The position numbers and the translations under genes were made by a program. Below the pieces are notes generated by a model. That model was given only the letters and a program-made list of their open reading frames with translations. It searched no databases and had not been told where the DNA came from. From assembly GCA_028534125.1 (NCBI GenBank), contig CM052817.1, positions 93,126,001 to 93,190,000 of the forward strand: a stretch of 64,000 bases of DNA. The letters run 5' to 3'. Origin of the DNA: Lama glama (Eukaryota). Positions 26,880 to 37,990 of this stretch are shown piece by piece; within the stretch, counting starts at the first letter, position 1, and each line of letters opens with the position of its first letter.

Positions 26880-28720
26880 ATAGTTCAGTGTTTTTTTGTT
26901 TTAAGAATTTATGTTGAATTTTGTCAAATATTTTTTCCATCTACAAAGGCAACTGTATGACTTTTCTCTTTTAATCTGTTAGTGTAGTGAATACACTAAT
27001 AAACTTCCTGATGTTGACCATCTTTTCAAGAATAAACCTACCTATTCAATTTTATTCTGTTAACATTCTGCTCGGTGAAATTTGTTAAAATTATATTTTG
27101 GAAACTAGCTTGTTTATGTTTATGTAAGAAATTACTATAAAATTTTCATTCCATATCATTAGATAGTTTTGATATCAGATTTTGGTGCCCATGAATTAGA
27201 ATAATCCTGTATTATCATAAGGATTTGTAAATTCTCTGAATGTCTGGTAAAAACCTTCATAAAGAAATCAGAGGGGTTTTTGAATGTATTTTGACTAATA
27301 TTTAATTAGGTTTTCATCATCCTTGTGAATCCATTTTGATAACTTTCTTAGAAAGTCACGTTCAAATTGACTTTCATGCACATATAATTTATAAAATTAT
27401 ACTAATCGTGGCCCCTTTTGCATTTTAATATATATATAATTTGGCACTTTCTTTCCTTTTTAGTTTTGATCAGATTTGTTTTTCAAAGATCCATCTCTTA
27501 GTTTTACTAATTTCCTTTTTCTAACTTTATTAACTTCTGTTTTTATCTTTAGTAACACTTTATTCTATTTTATTTTTTAAAGATTATTTCATAGATTCTT
27601 GAGGTTAATGCATAACAAAATATTTCATCTAATTATTTTCTATGAAAGTCTATAAAATTCTCTATAACTATGCTCTTGCCATAATATGTTTTTTAATAGT
27701 GTTATTTTTAAGTTGATTTTTTCTTTTATACCAGCATTATTTAAAAGGATAATTTTACACTTACAAGTGGATAGACTTTTTAATTTTTATTATTAATTTT
27801 TAATTCAATATTAATTGATATTACTTTAATTCAATATTGTTTAAGTCAATAATTCAATAATATTGATATTAATTTGTGACTACAAAATATGGCAGGTGTG
27901 ATTTCAGATTTTTGTAACTTTTTGAGATGTTATTTTAGTTTTAGCACATAGACATTTTAGGTCTATGTTATGAACAACCTTTTGTGAATATTCTGTGTGT
28001 TTATTTTCTATGTGCTGTTTCTGTAGGGTACAATGTTTTTATCTATCTATAGTTAACCTAATATACATATGTGCTACACAAAACATTGTTCACTGTGTTT
28101 TAAAATTTAACACAGGCAGTGGTGTGATGGAGTCACCTCTAATTGGCTTATGAGAACCAGTGGTTAAATATTCCTGCATTTTGTGAAAGAGTTGTTAAAC
28201 CATGGTGACTTGAAATCAGTATGATGGGGTATTTACACAACAGAAATTGGCAAATGCTACAAGACAGTGTTGTTGTGCTGTTGTTTTTTGAGAAGCAGCT
28301 AACTTGCATACCCAGAACACAGCCCTACTCATTTTTGCTTATGTTTAAATTTGTGAGCAATGTTTAAAAATCTTTAATAACTTCTTGTTTTTTCTAATAG
28401 ATTCTCCTTTATAATTGGAAGCTATATGGTTAGAAGCATAAAGGTTCATGGTTGTCATATTCTCTTGTAGGTTGTAACTTTTATCCATGTACATTATCCT
28501 TATATTGCTTAGAATTCTAATTGAACTTTTGTCAAATTCTAATTATCTGGTATTATTACTCCTATACTCATATTTACTTAGCGTGCCTTTTTTTGTACTT
28601 TCATTTTCAAGCTTTTTTTACCATTTTATTTTTGTTCCATTTTTTATAAATGGTGTATTTAAAAATCTGTCTTTTGGCCTCTATTTTTAAAACCCAATCT
28701 AAGTGCTTTTCAGTAAGCAA
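26880..28720 (-). mobile_element. Ancient antisense L1 fragments
   Basis: atgttgaattttgtcaaatattttttccatcta... antisense ORF2-like text, highly degenerate. Confidence 0.55.
28117..28325. mobile_element. MER63-like hAT DNA transposon nested in L1
   Basis: cagtggtgtgatggagtc...gagaaccagtggttaaatatt...cccagaacacagccc. Confidence 0.6.
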
Positions 28721-28723
28721 ATA

Positions 28724-29223
28724 NNNNNNNNNNNNNNNNNNNNNNNNNNNNNNNNNNNNNNNNNNNNNNNNNNNNNNNNNNNNNNNNNNNNNNNNNNNNN
28801 NNNNNNNNNNNNNNNNNNNNNNNNNNNNNNNNNNNNNNNNNNNNNNNNNNNNNNNNNNNNNNNNNNNNNNNNNNNNNNNNNNNNNNNNNNNNNNNNNNNN
28901 NNNNNNNNNNNNNNNNNNNNNNNNNNNNNNNNNNNNNNNNNNNNNNNNNNNNNNNNNNNNNNNNNNNNNNNNNNNNNNNNNNNNNNNNNNNNNNNNNNNN
29001 NNNNNNNNNNNNNNNNNNNNNNNNNNNNNNNNNNNNNNNNNNNNNNNNNNNNNNNNNNNNNNNNNNNNNNNNNNNNNNNNNNNNNNNNNNNNNNNNNNNN
29101 NNNNNNNNNNNNNNNNNNNNNNNNNNNNNNNNNNNNNNNNNNNNNNNNNNNNNNNNNNNNNNNNNNNNNNNNNNNNNNNNNNNNNNNNNNNNNNNNNNNN
29201 NNNNNNNNNNNNNNNNNNNNNNN
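28724..29223. other. Assembly gap (500 N)
   Basis: Run of N. Confidence 1.
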
Positions 29224-31303
29224 GTCCATAAAATTGATTTTAGAAGTGCAGTAGGGAATGTCAAAAAGAACCAGAAATCATTAGCAAGATGTAGAGAAGG
29301 CCCATTAAAGGTTGCATCTTAAAAAAGTATAATGGAACATTTTTTCCAGTAATACTTTGTAGCTTGGAATTTGAAATTGGCAAAATAAAAGTAGCAGGAA
29401 GGTGAAATGTGGAGGAAGCTTCAGTCCCTTAGCTATTTAGGATGGTATTGCAGTGGCCACCTGGGATGCCTGCTGGAGGGAGAGGCAAGTACAGGTAAGA
29501 AGCTGATAATTGTGAGAATGAGGACCATATAGTTGTAAACAAATGAAGAATAAAATCCAACAAATGTGTAATGTGTGCTTGTTATGTACCTAATATTCTT
29601 CTATGCTTTGGAGGTACAGCAATGAATAAAATAAATAAGGTTTCTAACCACAAGAATCTCACATTTTTGCAAAACAAATAAATGAATGAGAAAAACAACA
29701 GACTTAAAAAATGTTACCATTAGTTATTTATACCCAAGTATAAATATTATATATTTTATGCTCCATAATTTTTTATATCCCACATCTTTCTTTTTTCTTG
29801 GGTAAGTCTTTGTTTTCCTGGAATGCATTTTCACATTATTTCACAGACATTCTGTGGATCTTAAATTTGCTAAGGTCTAGTATGTTCTTTGTCCTCTCTC
29901 TCAAATACTAATAGCTTTCCAGTTTCAACCTCATTTTCCCTTCGACTTTGAGGATTAGTTCTGTTGTCTTATAAGTAAGGACCATGATCAGATTCATTCT
30001 GATTCTTACCCTTATTAATTTGTTTTTACTCCATGGGTGCTAGCTAATAGCCTGTTTTTCTTTATCTTAGCATTAGGAAATTTAATTTTAAATTATCATA
30101 CTTTCATTTTATTCTTGTTATGCCCTTTCAGTATGACAAAGTGGATTTTTTTCCAACTTTGTGAAATTTTCTTTTATCATTTTTGTGATTATTTTTTCCT
30201 GCCCTTTTTGCTCTTTCTGGAGTTCCTTTTTGATACTATGTTGGAATTTCTATCCCTATCTCATAATTTCCAACTCTTTGTCCTTTTGTACTATGGTTTG
30301 GGAGAATTTCTTCACTTTCACCAATGGTTTTGAATGAAGTGCTTTTGGAAACTAAGCTAGAGGAACAGGTCTCTTGACTATTCCCAGACATTATGTTCAG
30401 TATCCTAGCTGGACTGCTCTGACGAAGCTATTCATTATCCCTGCCCTAGAGAATTGTACCAGTTAGCCTTTTTCAAAAACACACAAAATACTTTCCAACA
30501 ACATTCACACCAAATGGTTTAAAATAAAAGCATGTGAACATATTGTTATGTAGAACTAAGATCCAAGGGTGGTAAGAGCATCAACTATATATGCTGCCTG
30601 GATACATATATGCATCATCCTTGTCTATCTTAGATGATAAACTACCTCAGGTGTTTCTATATTTGTTTTTGGTAAATACCAGCTGTTTAATGAATACCTT
30701 TTGAGTTGTCATGGTAACTAAGATATCCAAACTTTATCTCTGCCTTTGTCCTTGGCAGTATAGATATTTAAATGGTTATGATTTGCTTTGGATTAATTTC
30801 AATGTAGTTAGGCCATTTGTCTTATTTTAAGTATTCCTAAGAACTTTAAAGTATTTTATTTAAAATATATACGTACATAATGTATAGACCTTATATGAAA
30901 TAGTATTTTTTAAATACTAAGACACATCTTATCTAGTCATTGAATTTTTGTTTTGATAAACCATTGAGATTTACAGGCCCTAATAACATGTTGTGTGGTC
31001 TTACAAGAGAATTTTATACCAACTTAAGATCTTATTTTTGTATGCATTAATTTTTTAAAATCACAGTAGTAACCCATGGTAACATAGTTCATACTGGATT
31101 TTTTTAGCCTTAATATTGAACCCAGATTGTGTTTCATGAAATTTCTTATTTTAAAATTCCATATTATGGGTGTCAGTTGAAAACAGCTTGAAAACAGTTA
31201 CTGAAAAATTGACGGTACACTTAATGACAGGATGATTTAAGGCATTAAAGATATCACTGTCTCAACTGTTCAAACTGGGACTGATTAAGGGTTCCATAGG
31301 TAT

Positions 31304-31523
31304 CCAAGGTTGGCAAACTGTAGCCTATGGTCAAATCCACCAACTGTCTGTCTTGATACATAAAGTTGTATTGGAATATGGCCATACCCATTCATTCACA
31401 CATTGTCTGTGGCCGTTTACAAGGTATAATGGCAGAGTTAAGTAGATGTAACAGAGACTACAAGACTTAAAGAGCCTGAAATTTATTATCTGGCCCTTTA
31501 CGGAAGATGTTTACTGATCCCTG
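31304..31523. mobile_element. MER58-like hAT-Charlie element
   Basis: ccaaggttggcaaactgtagcctatggtcaaatcc...tggccctttacggaagatgtttactgatccctg. Confidence 0.7.
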
Positions 31524-32266
31524 CTTTATACAATGGTGATAGTTTTGTCCACTCTTACCAACAACTACTTTCACTCTGTCATCAATGACTCACTTTTCCC
31601 TGAATACACACTACGTGTGTTTGTGTATGCCCTTGCTCAGGCTCTTTCCTCCACCTAGAATGTTGTTTCTTTCCTTACTCTCATGTCTAAAATCTATCCA
31701 TTTTCCAAAATATGATTCCAATAACACTTCCTTTATGAAGTCCTATAGTAAAAAAAGAAAATTAAGTTTTCTGGATACCTCTCCCTTACACTTCCTTACA
31801 CAGACTCTGAAATCCTTGGCCTCTCTTGATTGTACTTGCTTGGCAACACAACTATGATTCTCTACCTGTTCCAGGTCTACCTGTTCTTTGTCCATAGTAA
31901 TGTGGCCAGAGGAAACACACACAAACATGTTGACAAATCTTACTTTCTGACCGTTCATGCCATGAACTTCCTACAGGCCAGGCTCTTCTAAAATACTTCC
32001 ATCTGTTCACTCTCCTACGTACCTCATACCTCGATGGCTATTTCACATATTCTCCCGTCTTCCACCTGTAACACTTCCTCCCCAGTCTCATTCTCTGCTG
32101 ATGACTTTTTTGTCCTGATCGACTGAGAAAATCAAAGCAATGTCGAGAACATACACCAGGACATCTGTCTACCTCTCAGCCCTTATATCTGTCCTTACAC
32201 TCAGCCTTCCTTCTCATGACAATAGATGATAAATTTCCACCCCACTTGGGCATGAAATCCTCTTGG

Positions 32267-33436
32267 TGTTCTGAGCACTCAGTTTCAGTGTGCAGGGCTG
32301 GAGTTCTCCCATCAACAGCAAGCAATTCTCAGACACCAGCAGGCTTTCCAAGAATTCAACTCAATTCTTTTTTTTTTAAGTACCATATTTTTATTGAAGT
32401 TATTGGTATATTTTTACTTACTAATGTGCTTCAATGCCTTAACTTTTATTTTTTTTATAAACAATTTTTAAAAATTTTTTTTAGGCAAATCTTTTTTTTT
32501 TTGAGTTATAGTCATTTTATAATGTTGTGTCAAATTCCAGTGTAGAGCACAATTTTTCAGTTACACATGAACATACATGCATTCATTGTCACATTCTCTT
32601 TTGCTGTGAGCCACCACAAGATCCTGTATATATTTCTCTGTGCTACACAGTACAATCTTGTTTATCTTTTCTACATTTTGAAATCCCATTCTGTCCCTTC
32701 CCATCCCCTGTCCCCCTGGCAACCACAAGTTTGTATTCTGTGCCTATGAATCTGCTTCTGTTTTGTATTTTTTCTTTAGATTCCGCATATGAGTGATCTC
32801 ATACGGTGTTTTTCTTTCTCTTTCTAGCTTATCAACTCAGTTCTGACACTATCTAACCAGAGTCAAGTTCCATAGGTTGAGGGCTCAGTCCTCCCCAACC
32901 TCTTACCTTCAGCTGCCAGTCAAAAGTCCAGGTTGTTACCTGTACTTCAGACCAACTGGCTATAAATCAGAGGTTCCAACATCCCCCGTTTATTGATTTA
33001 TTATAAAAGCTATTACTCAGCCAGATGGAAGAGATGTATAAGGCACGATATGAGGCAAGGGGTGCAGAACATCCATGCCCTCTCCAGGCACACCACTCTC
33101 CCACACCTCCACGTGTTCCCCAAACCTGGACGCTCTCCGAACTCTGACCTTCTAGGGGCATGATGGATTAAATCATTGATCAACCTCCAATTCCTCTTTC
33201 CTCCCTTGAGGTGAGGGGCACAGGTTGGACTGAACATTTCAACCCTTTAATACATGGTTGTTTCTCCTAGAACCAGTCCCCATCCTTGGGTGAGGTCCAA
33301 AACTCACCTCATTAACATAATAACAGACACCTGTATCGCTGTCATAACATAAGAAATTCCAAGAGTTTTAGGAGCCAAGTGCCAGCAATGAAGATGAAGA
33401 CCAAATACATGCTTTATTATAAATCATAGTATCACA
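32267..33436 (-). mobile_element. MER21-like ERV LTR interrupted by an L1 insertion
   Basis: Minus-strand start tgtgatactatgatttataataaag; internal gcaattctcagacaccagc and tgagggctcagtcc...tgtacttcagaccaactggctataaatc motifs. Confidence 0.72.
32369..32831 (-). mobile_element. Young 5'-truncated L1 with two A-tails and a 13-bp TSD
   Basis: TSD tcaactcaattct (32356-32368) / tcaactcagttct (32832-32844); L1 3' end homologous to 9726-10150. Confidence 0.85.
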
Positions 33437-33479
33437 GATACCATCACTAAATATGGCTTTGGAATCTAACCAGTTCAAG

Positions 33480-33680
33480 AACATAGTGTAGTGGGAAGGG
33501 CTTGGACTTTAATCAGACAGGCCTGGTCTCAAGTCCTGGCTGTCTTATCCTCACTGTGGGGCCTGGGCAGCTCACCAAATGCTGCTAACCCTTGGCCATA
33601 GGATTGTTCTGAGCATTAAATGTGAAACATGTTAAGTGACTGATAGAGTCCCCGTGGAAAAGTAGGTGCTCAAAACATAT
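33480..33680 (+). mobile_element. MIR SINE
   Basis: gtgtagtgggaagggcttggacttt..cagacaggcctgg..caagtcctggct...agtaggtgctcaa. Confidence 0.6.
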
Positions 33681-33754
33681 TAAATCCCTCTCTTTCCCCT
33701 CACTAGTCCACTTGTGTTTTTAACGGATCATCTTTACTCTGGATTGTATTGTAG

Positions 33755-33841
33755 GAAGTACTCTGGATGGATGGCTGCTGGAAACCCATTGCCATAGCCA
33801 GCTCTTCTTCGATACTTAAGGAGTTACCCTGCCATTGAGTA
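33755..33841 (+). other. IL15: IL15 5'UTR part of the ATG-containing exon (human exon 3 homologue)
   Basis: ttgtag|gaagtactctggatggatggctgctggaaaccc...gccatagccagctcttcttc resembles the recalled human 5'UTR; exact acceptor inferred. Confidence 0.75.
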
Positions 33842-33853
33842 ATGAGAATTTCG
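33842..33853 (+). CDS. IL15: Interleukin-15 coding exon 1 (MRIS)
   Basis: ATG AGA ATT TCG|gtaaga donor; matches the IL-15 N-terminus. Confidence 0.95.
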
Positions 33854-34863
33854 GTAAGAAAAAATTAGATGAAGATGGTATCTGGACTTTTCTTAAAAGG
33901 ACCCTTGTATCTCAGAGATTTTGCAACAAGTTAGGAGGCTCTTCTCTGAAGCTCTTGAAATGTCACAGATGTCAGTTCACCTGTGGATTGTTCTTATTTT
34001 GAAAATAAATAAAATAGGTTTTTAAAGTCTCTTAACACCCTGCTGTGCTCTTCATGTTCTGGTAGATGTATTATTTCACGTATCTCATCCTATTTTGTTG
34101 TTTAAATGCTTACTTACTCAGTAGGTTGTGTAGTCTCTGAAGACGAGGCCTGGGTGTGTGTGATTCATCTGTTCAATGTAGACTTCATGAGTCACAGGTT
34201 CTTAGTGGTTAAGTGGTTAAATCCATGCTTCTTTCTAAAACTATAAAGGCCTTGACAGCTTGAAAGAGGCAGGCAGAAGTATCGAAACTCTGGGAAGGGC
34301 TAAGATAAGTGACTTTCCTAAATCACTCAGAAAACTTATTATATATTGGCTTTTAGGATGGCATAGAGTCTTTAGTTTGTTCCATTTCTACCCAGTTTTT
34401 CTTTAAATTATATTAGTATATAATTTTCATATTGTTGCATGAAATTACTAGATAACTAGTACACCTGTATTAGTAATTCATGTTATTAATCTGTGCTGTA
34501 TGAAATAGTTTGGACAATTAAAAAGGAAAGAAGTATGAGAAGGAGGTTAAGGATGATAGGAGCAAATTAAGTGATGATATCAGCATATATGTAAATTAGT
34601 AAATATGTATATTTTCTTTAAATTATTGTCATTGAAATGTGTCAGGAGAAATATGTATTAAAGAATTTTGCACATAAGAGACAGCTGAAGGTGCGGAAGA
34701 AAGGAAAAAAGATATTCTAATTTCATTAATTCTGATAAGGAATATTTATTCTGAAACTATGATACATTTACATTTTGGAACCTAAACAATATGATAAAGT
34801 CTTATTTTAAATCTCATTTTTTTAACTAAAAAAATGTAACCACTTTGTGATTATATTTTTCAG

Positions 34864-34961
34864 AAACCATATTTGAGAAGTTCTTCTATCCATTGCTACT
34901 TGTGTTTACTTCTGAACAGTCATTTTTTAACTGAGGCTGGCATTCATGTCTTCATTTTGGG
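34864..34961 (+). CDS. IL15: Interleukin-15 coding exon 2 ([33 protein letters not shown]), long signal peptide
   Basis: ttttcag| ... |gtaatt, 98 nt, ends in phase 2. Confidence 0.97.
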
Positions 34962-35451
34962 GTAATTTTATCTTTCAGCATAAGTAACGTCATGTTCATG
35001 GCCATGATCATTGTTCTTCAATATCTTCTCCTGTTAAATTTGTTTATGTTCCATTTGCTTAAATCCTTAGGTACTCAGTATTTGGGGTATGAGAGGGGTC
35101 AGATTATGGGGACCCAGGGGAGATTGAGTAAACATCACACAGAGCATTTCTATATTCTTGTAATATTCCAAATGAGTGTTATATCCTGCAAATACACTAG
35201 ACCTCTTGGTATCTAACTGAACTTGAAAGTACACTCTGTTACATCCTGTAGGATTTTCACAGCAGTAAAACAATAGGTCTTTAGGGCTCACCCACATTCC
35301 TTTTTTATCTGTTCCTGACACTGACTTCTGTCCTCTGAGCCCGATCCTAGCTCAGTTTAAAACATTTCTTTCTTTCTTTGGACCTTTTGTCTTTCCTCTT
35401 AATAAACATTCGTATTTTTTCATGCCTATTAACTTTTTTCTTCTCTGTTAG

Positions 35452-35575
35452 ATGCAACTAGTACATTGCACTCAGTTGGCCCAAAGCACCCAACCTGTAG
35501 TTATGTAGTCTGACTCTCAGTTCTATTTTACTCTGCTAATGCCTTAGTGCTGTGGAGAGCCAGAGACTTGTGCAG
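35452..35575 (+). other. IL15: Degenerate homologue of human IL15 alternative exon 4A
   Basis: ttag|atgcaacta...cagttggcccaaagcacc...tctgactctcagtt...gacttgtgcag; start codon position is GTG and donor position is GA. Confidence 0.7.
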
Positions 35576-36278
35576 GAAAACCCTCCTAGTGAGGAAGATC
35601 AGTGTTGGCTCTCGTGCTTCTGTACGGGATCTGCCAGGAAGGGACTGTTTTTCCTGAAGCTCTAAAAATTATTCCACTGACACTTGGTCAGTGTAAGTGT
35701 CTTTTGTTCAGATACTAACTTTCTGTTTTACCAAGACGAGTAAGTTGTATGATCTAGTTACAGGGCTAGATTAGGCTCAAGTCCATAATATTTATGGAGA
35801 AAGCAATACCAGGAGCCTGCAAGGGGCATATTGAACCGACTGTAAAGAGCATTTATTGTCAGAATCATTACATAAGAAAGATTATTGCTTATTTTAAGAT
35901 TATTACCCATTCATTAGACTTAAAAGTCTGATGGGACTTGTACTTAAAGGAGTAATTTGTGCAAAAACATTTACTAAGTACTGTCACACTCTCAGCACTG
36001 TTTTTATCTCACTGTGATAAACTGCACCAGGTTATGTAGAAGTGATCCCTCCAAATTAGGCCTTTCTCTAATCCGGGTTGGTCGTGAGGCTGGCCTGCAA
36101 CATCAAAGCTGTGCGATGTGTTCGGTGTTCATCCTCACCTACAAGGCTTTTGAGTGCACACAGGGGAGGACGGTGCTGGTTTTATCACTTGTCAGAATTT
36201 AAAAAAAAGTCTCCTGTGTATTCATCAGGACGGTATTGTGTTCATTCACAACGCTCCACTCTTTGGTTTCGCTTTCAG

Positions 36279-36363
36279 CTGTATCAGTGCGGGTCTTCCT
36301 AAAACAGAAGCAAACTGGCAGCATGTAATAAGTGATCTGAAAAGAATTGAAAATCTTATTCAA
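36279..36363 (+). CDS. IL15: Interleukin-15 coding exon 3 ([28 protein letters not shown])
   Basis: tttcag| ... |gtgagt, 85 nt; contains the TEA|NW cleavage site and helix A. Confidence 0.98.
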
Positions 36364-37566
36364 GTGAGTACTCATTTTTCCATAAACTATCTGGTGTAAT
36401 TGCTATGGAGTATGTGCCTCCCCATATCTTGCCGTCAGTCTTAGTGAAGTCTCCCTTGGAACAATAATCTTTTTGTAGAATCTGTGAGCCTCAAATGAAA
36501 TCTTTTACTTAGAATTTTCAGATCGTAATTATCTTTAAAACTCAATTTATGAGTGCCCAGCATGGAGAGCTCTCTGTCCCCACAGGCCAGGGAGACTCCC
36601 TACTCCTGCCAGAGAAACCAGATGGCTTGGTGGTGCTTGTAGGGAGAATGGGGTGATCCAGGAGAGGGCTTTCTGCTCTGTGGGTTAGGAACCCCTCTCT
36701 CACCTGGAGACACCAGCTGGCCTGGCAGAAAGTGCAGAGAGGAGAGAACAGGGGCCACACTGTTGTGTGGGTGACACAGTGGGACCAGTGGGAGTCCCGG
36801 GAGCAGCAGGTGAAGCAAGCCTTCCAAATTAACGTCATGAAGATTCTGAAAACTAAACTGTCGTTGGACTCGCAGGCATACAAACATAGGTCAGAGCCTG
36901 CGCCAAGGTGCTAAGCCTGCCCAGGGTGGCCACATGCTAAAAGAGAAGATTCAAATAGGACCGGGGTCTCCTAACATAATATCCCAAACACCGGAATACA
37001 GCGGAAAATCACTTTTCATATCAAGAAGCAGGAAAAATCACAACTTCAAGGAGAAGAGACTCTGAAACAGGCTCTGAAACTGAGATGGATCAGATGCTGG
37101 AATTATTTGACAAGGATTTTAAAGCAGCCATCAGGAAGATGTGCCAGCAAGCAATTACGAATACAACTGGAAAGCAAAATAGAAAGTCTTAGCAAAGAAA
37201 TACAATATGTAAAAGGAACCAAATGGAAATTACAGAACTAAAAAAGACAATCACTGAAATATAAAACAAACTGGAGAGGCTCATTAGAATGATTATGACA
37301 GAGGAAAGACAGTCAGCTTGAGGATAGAACAAGGGAGAAAAAACAGACTGAAAAAAAAGTACATAAAGCCTCAGGGATCTTTGGGACAATAAAAGCTCCA
37401 GTATTCCTAGCATTAACATCCCAGAAGGAGAGGAGGAAAAGAATACAAATAAAAGACAGAGGCTGGCCAAATTGAGAACAAAATGCATACCAACTTTATG
37501 TTGCCTACAAGGAATTCATTTCAAAATATATAATGACAAAGGTTGGTTGAAAAGAAGAGAGAAGAA

Positions 37567-37990
37567 TGTGCTATGTTGTATTAGTACCCCCCCCCAAATT
37601 CATGCCCACCAAGAGCCTCAGAATGCGATCTTATTTGGAAATGGGGGTCTTTGCAAATATAGTTGGTTAAGGTGAGCTTATACTGGGGTGGGGCGGTTGG
37701 GCCTAAATCTAATGACTAGTGTTCTCATAAGAAGAGGACAGGACACACGGACACTCACAGGGAAGAAAGGCCTGTGGAAACAGACACAGCTACAAGCCAA
37801 GGAAGGCCAGGCATCCCCAGGGGCTGCAGAGGATTTGGGAGACCTAAGGAAAGACTGTTCTCTAGAGCCTCCAGAGGCAGTGGGCCCAGGTGACTCCTTG
37901 GCTTTGAACTGTAGGAGAATAGACTGTAGTTGTCTGAAGACACCCACTTTGGGATCCTTTGCTACAGTGGCTCTAGGATACAGAGACACA
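37567..37990 (+). mobile_element. MLT1 (MaLR) LTR nested in L1
   Basis: ccccaaattcatg...cttatttggaaatggggtctttgcaaat...ctctagagcctccagagg...tttgctacagtggctctagga. Confidence 0.85.

Noticed and set aside
28650..29264. Long ORFs of 176-193 aa (also 44525-44794 and 60198-60776)
   Set aside because: Artefacts of translating through N gaps.
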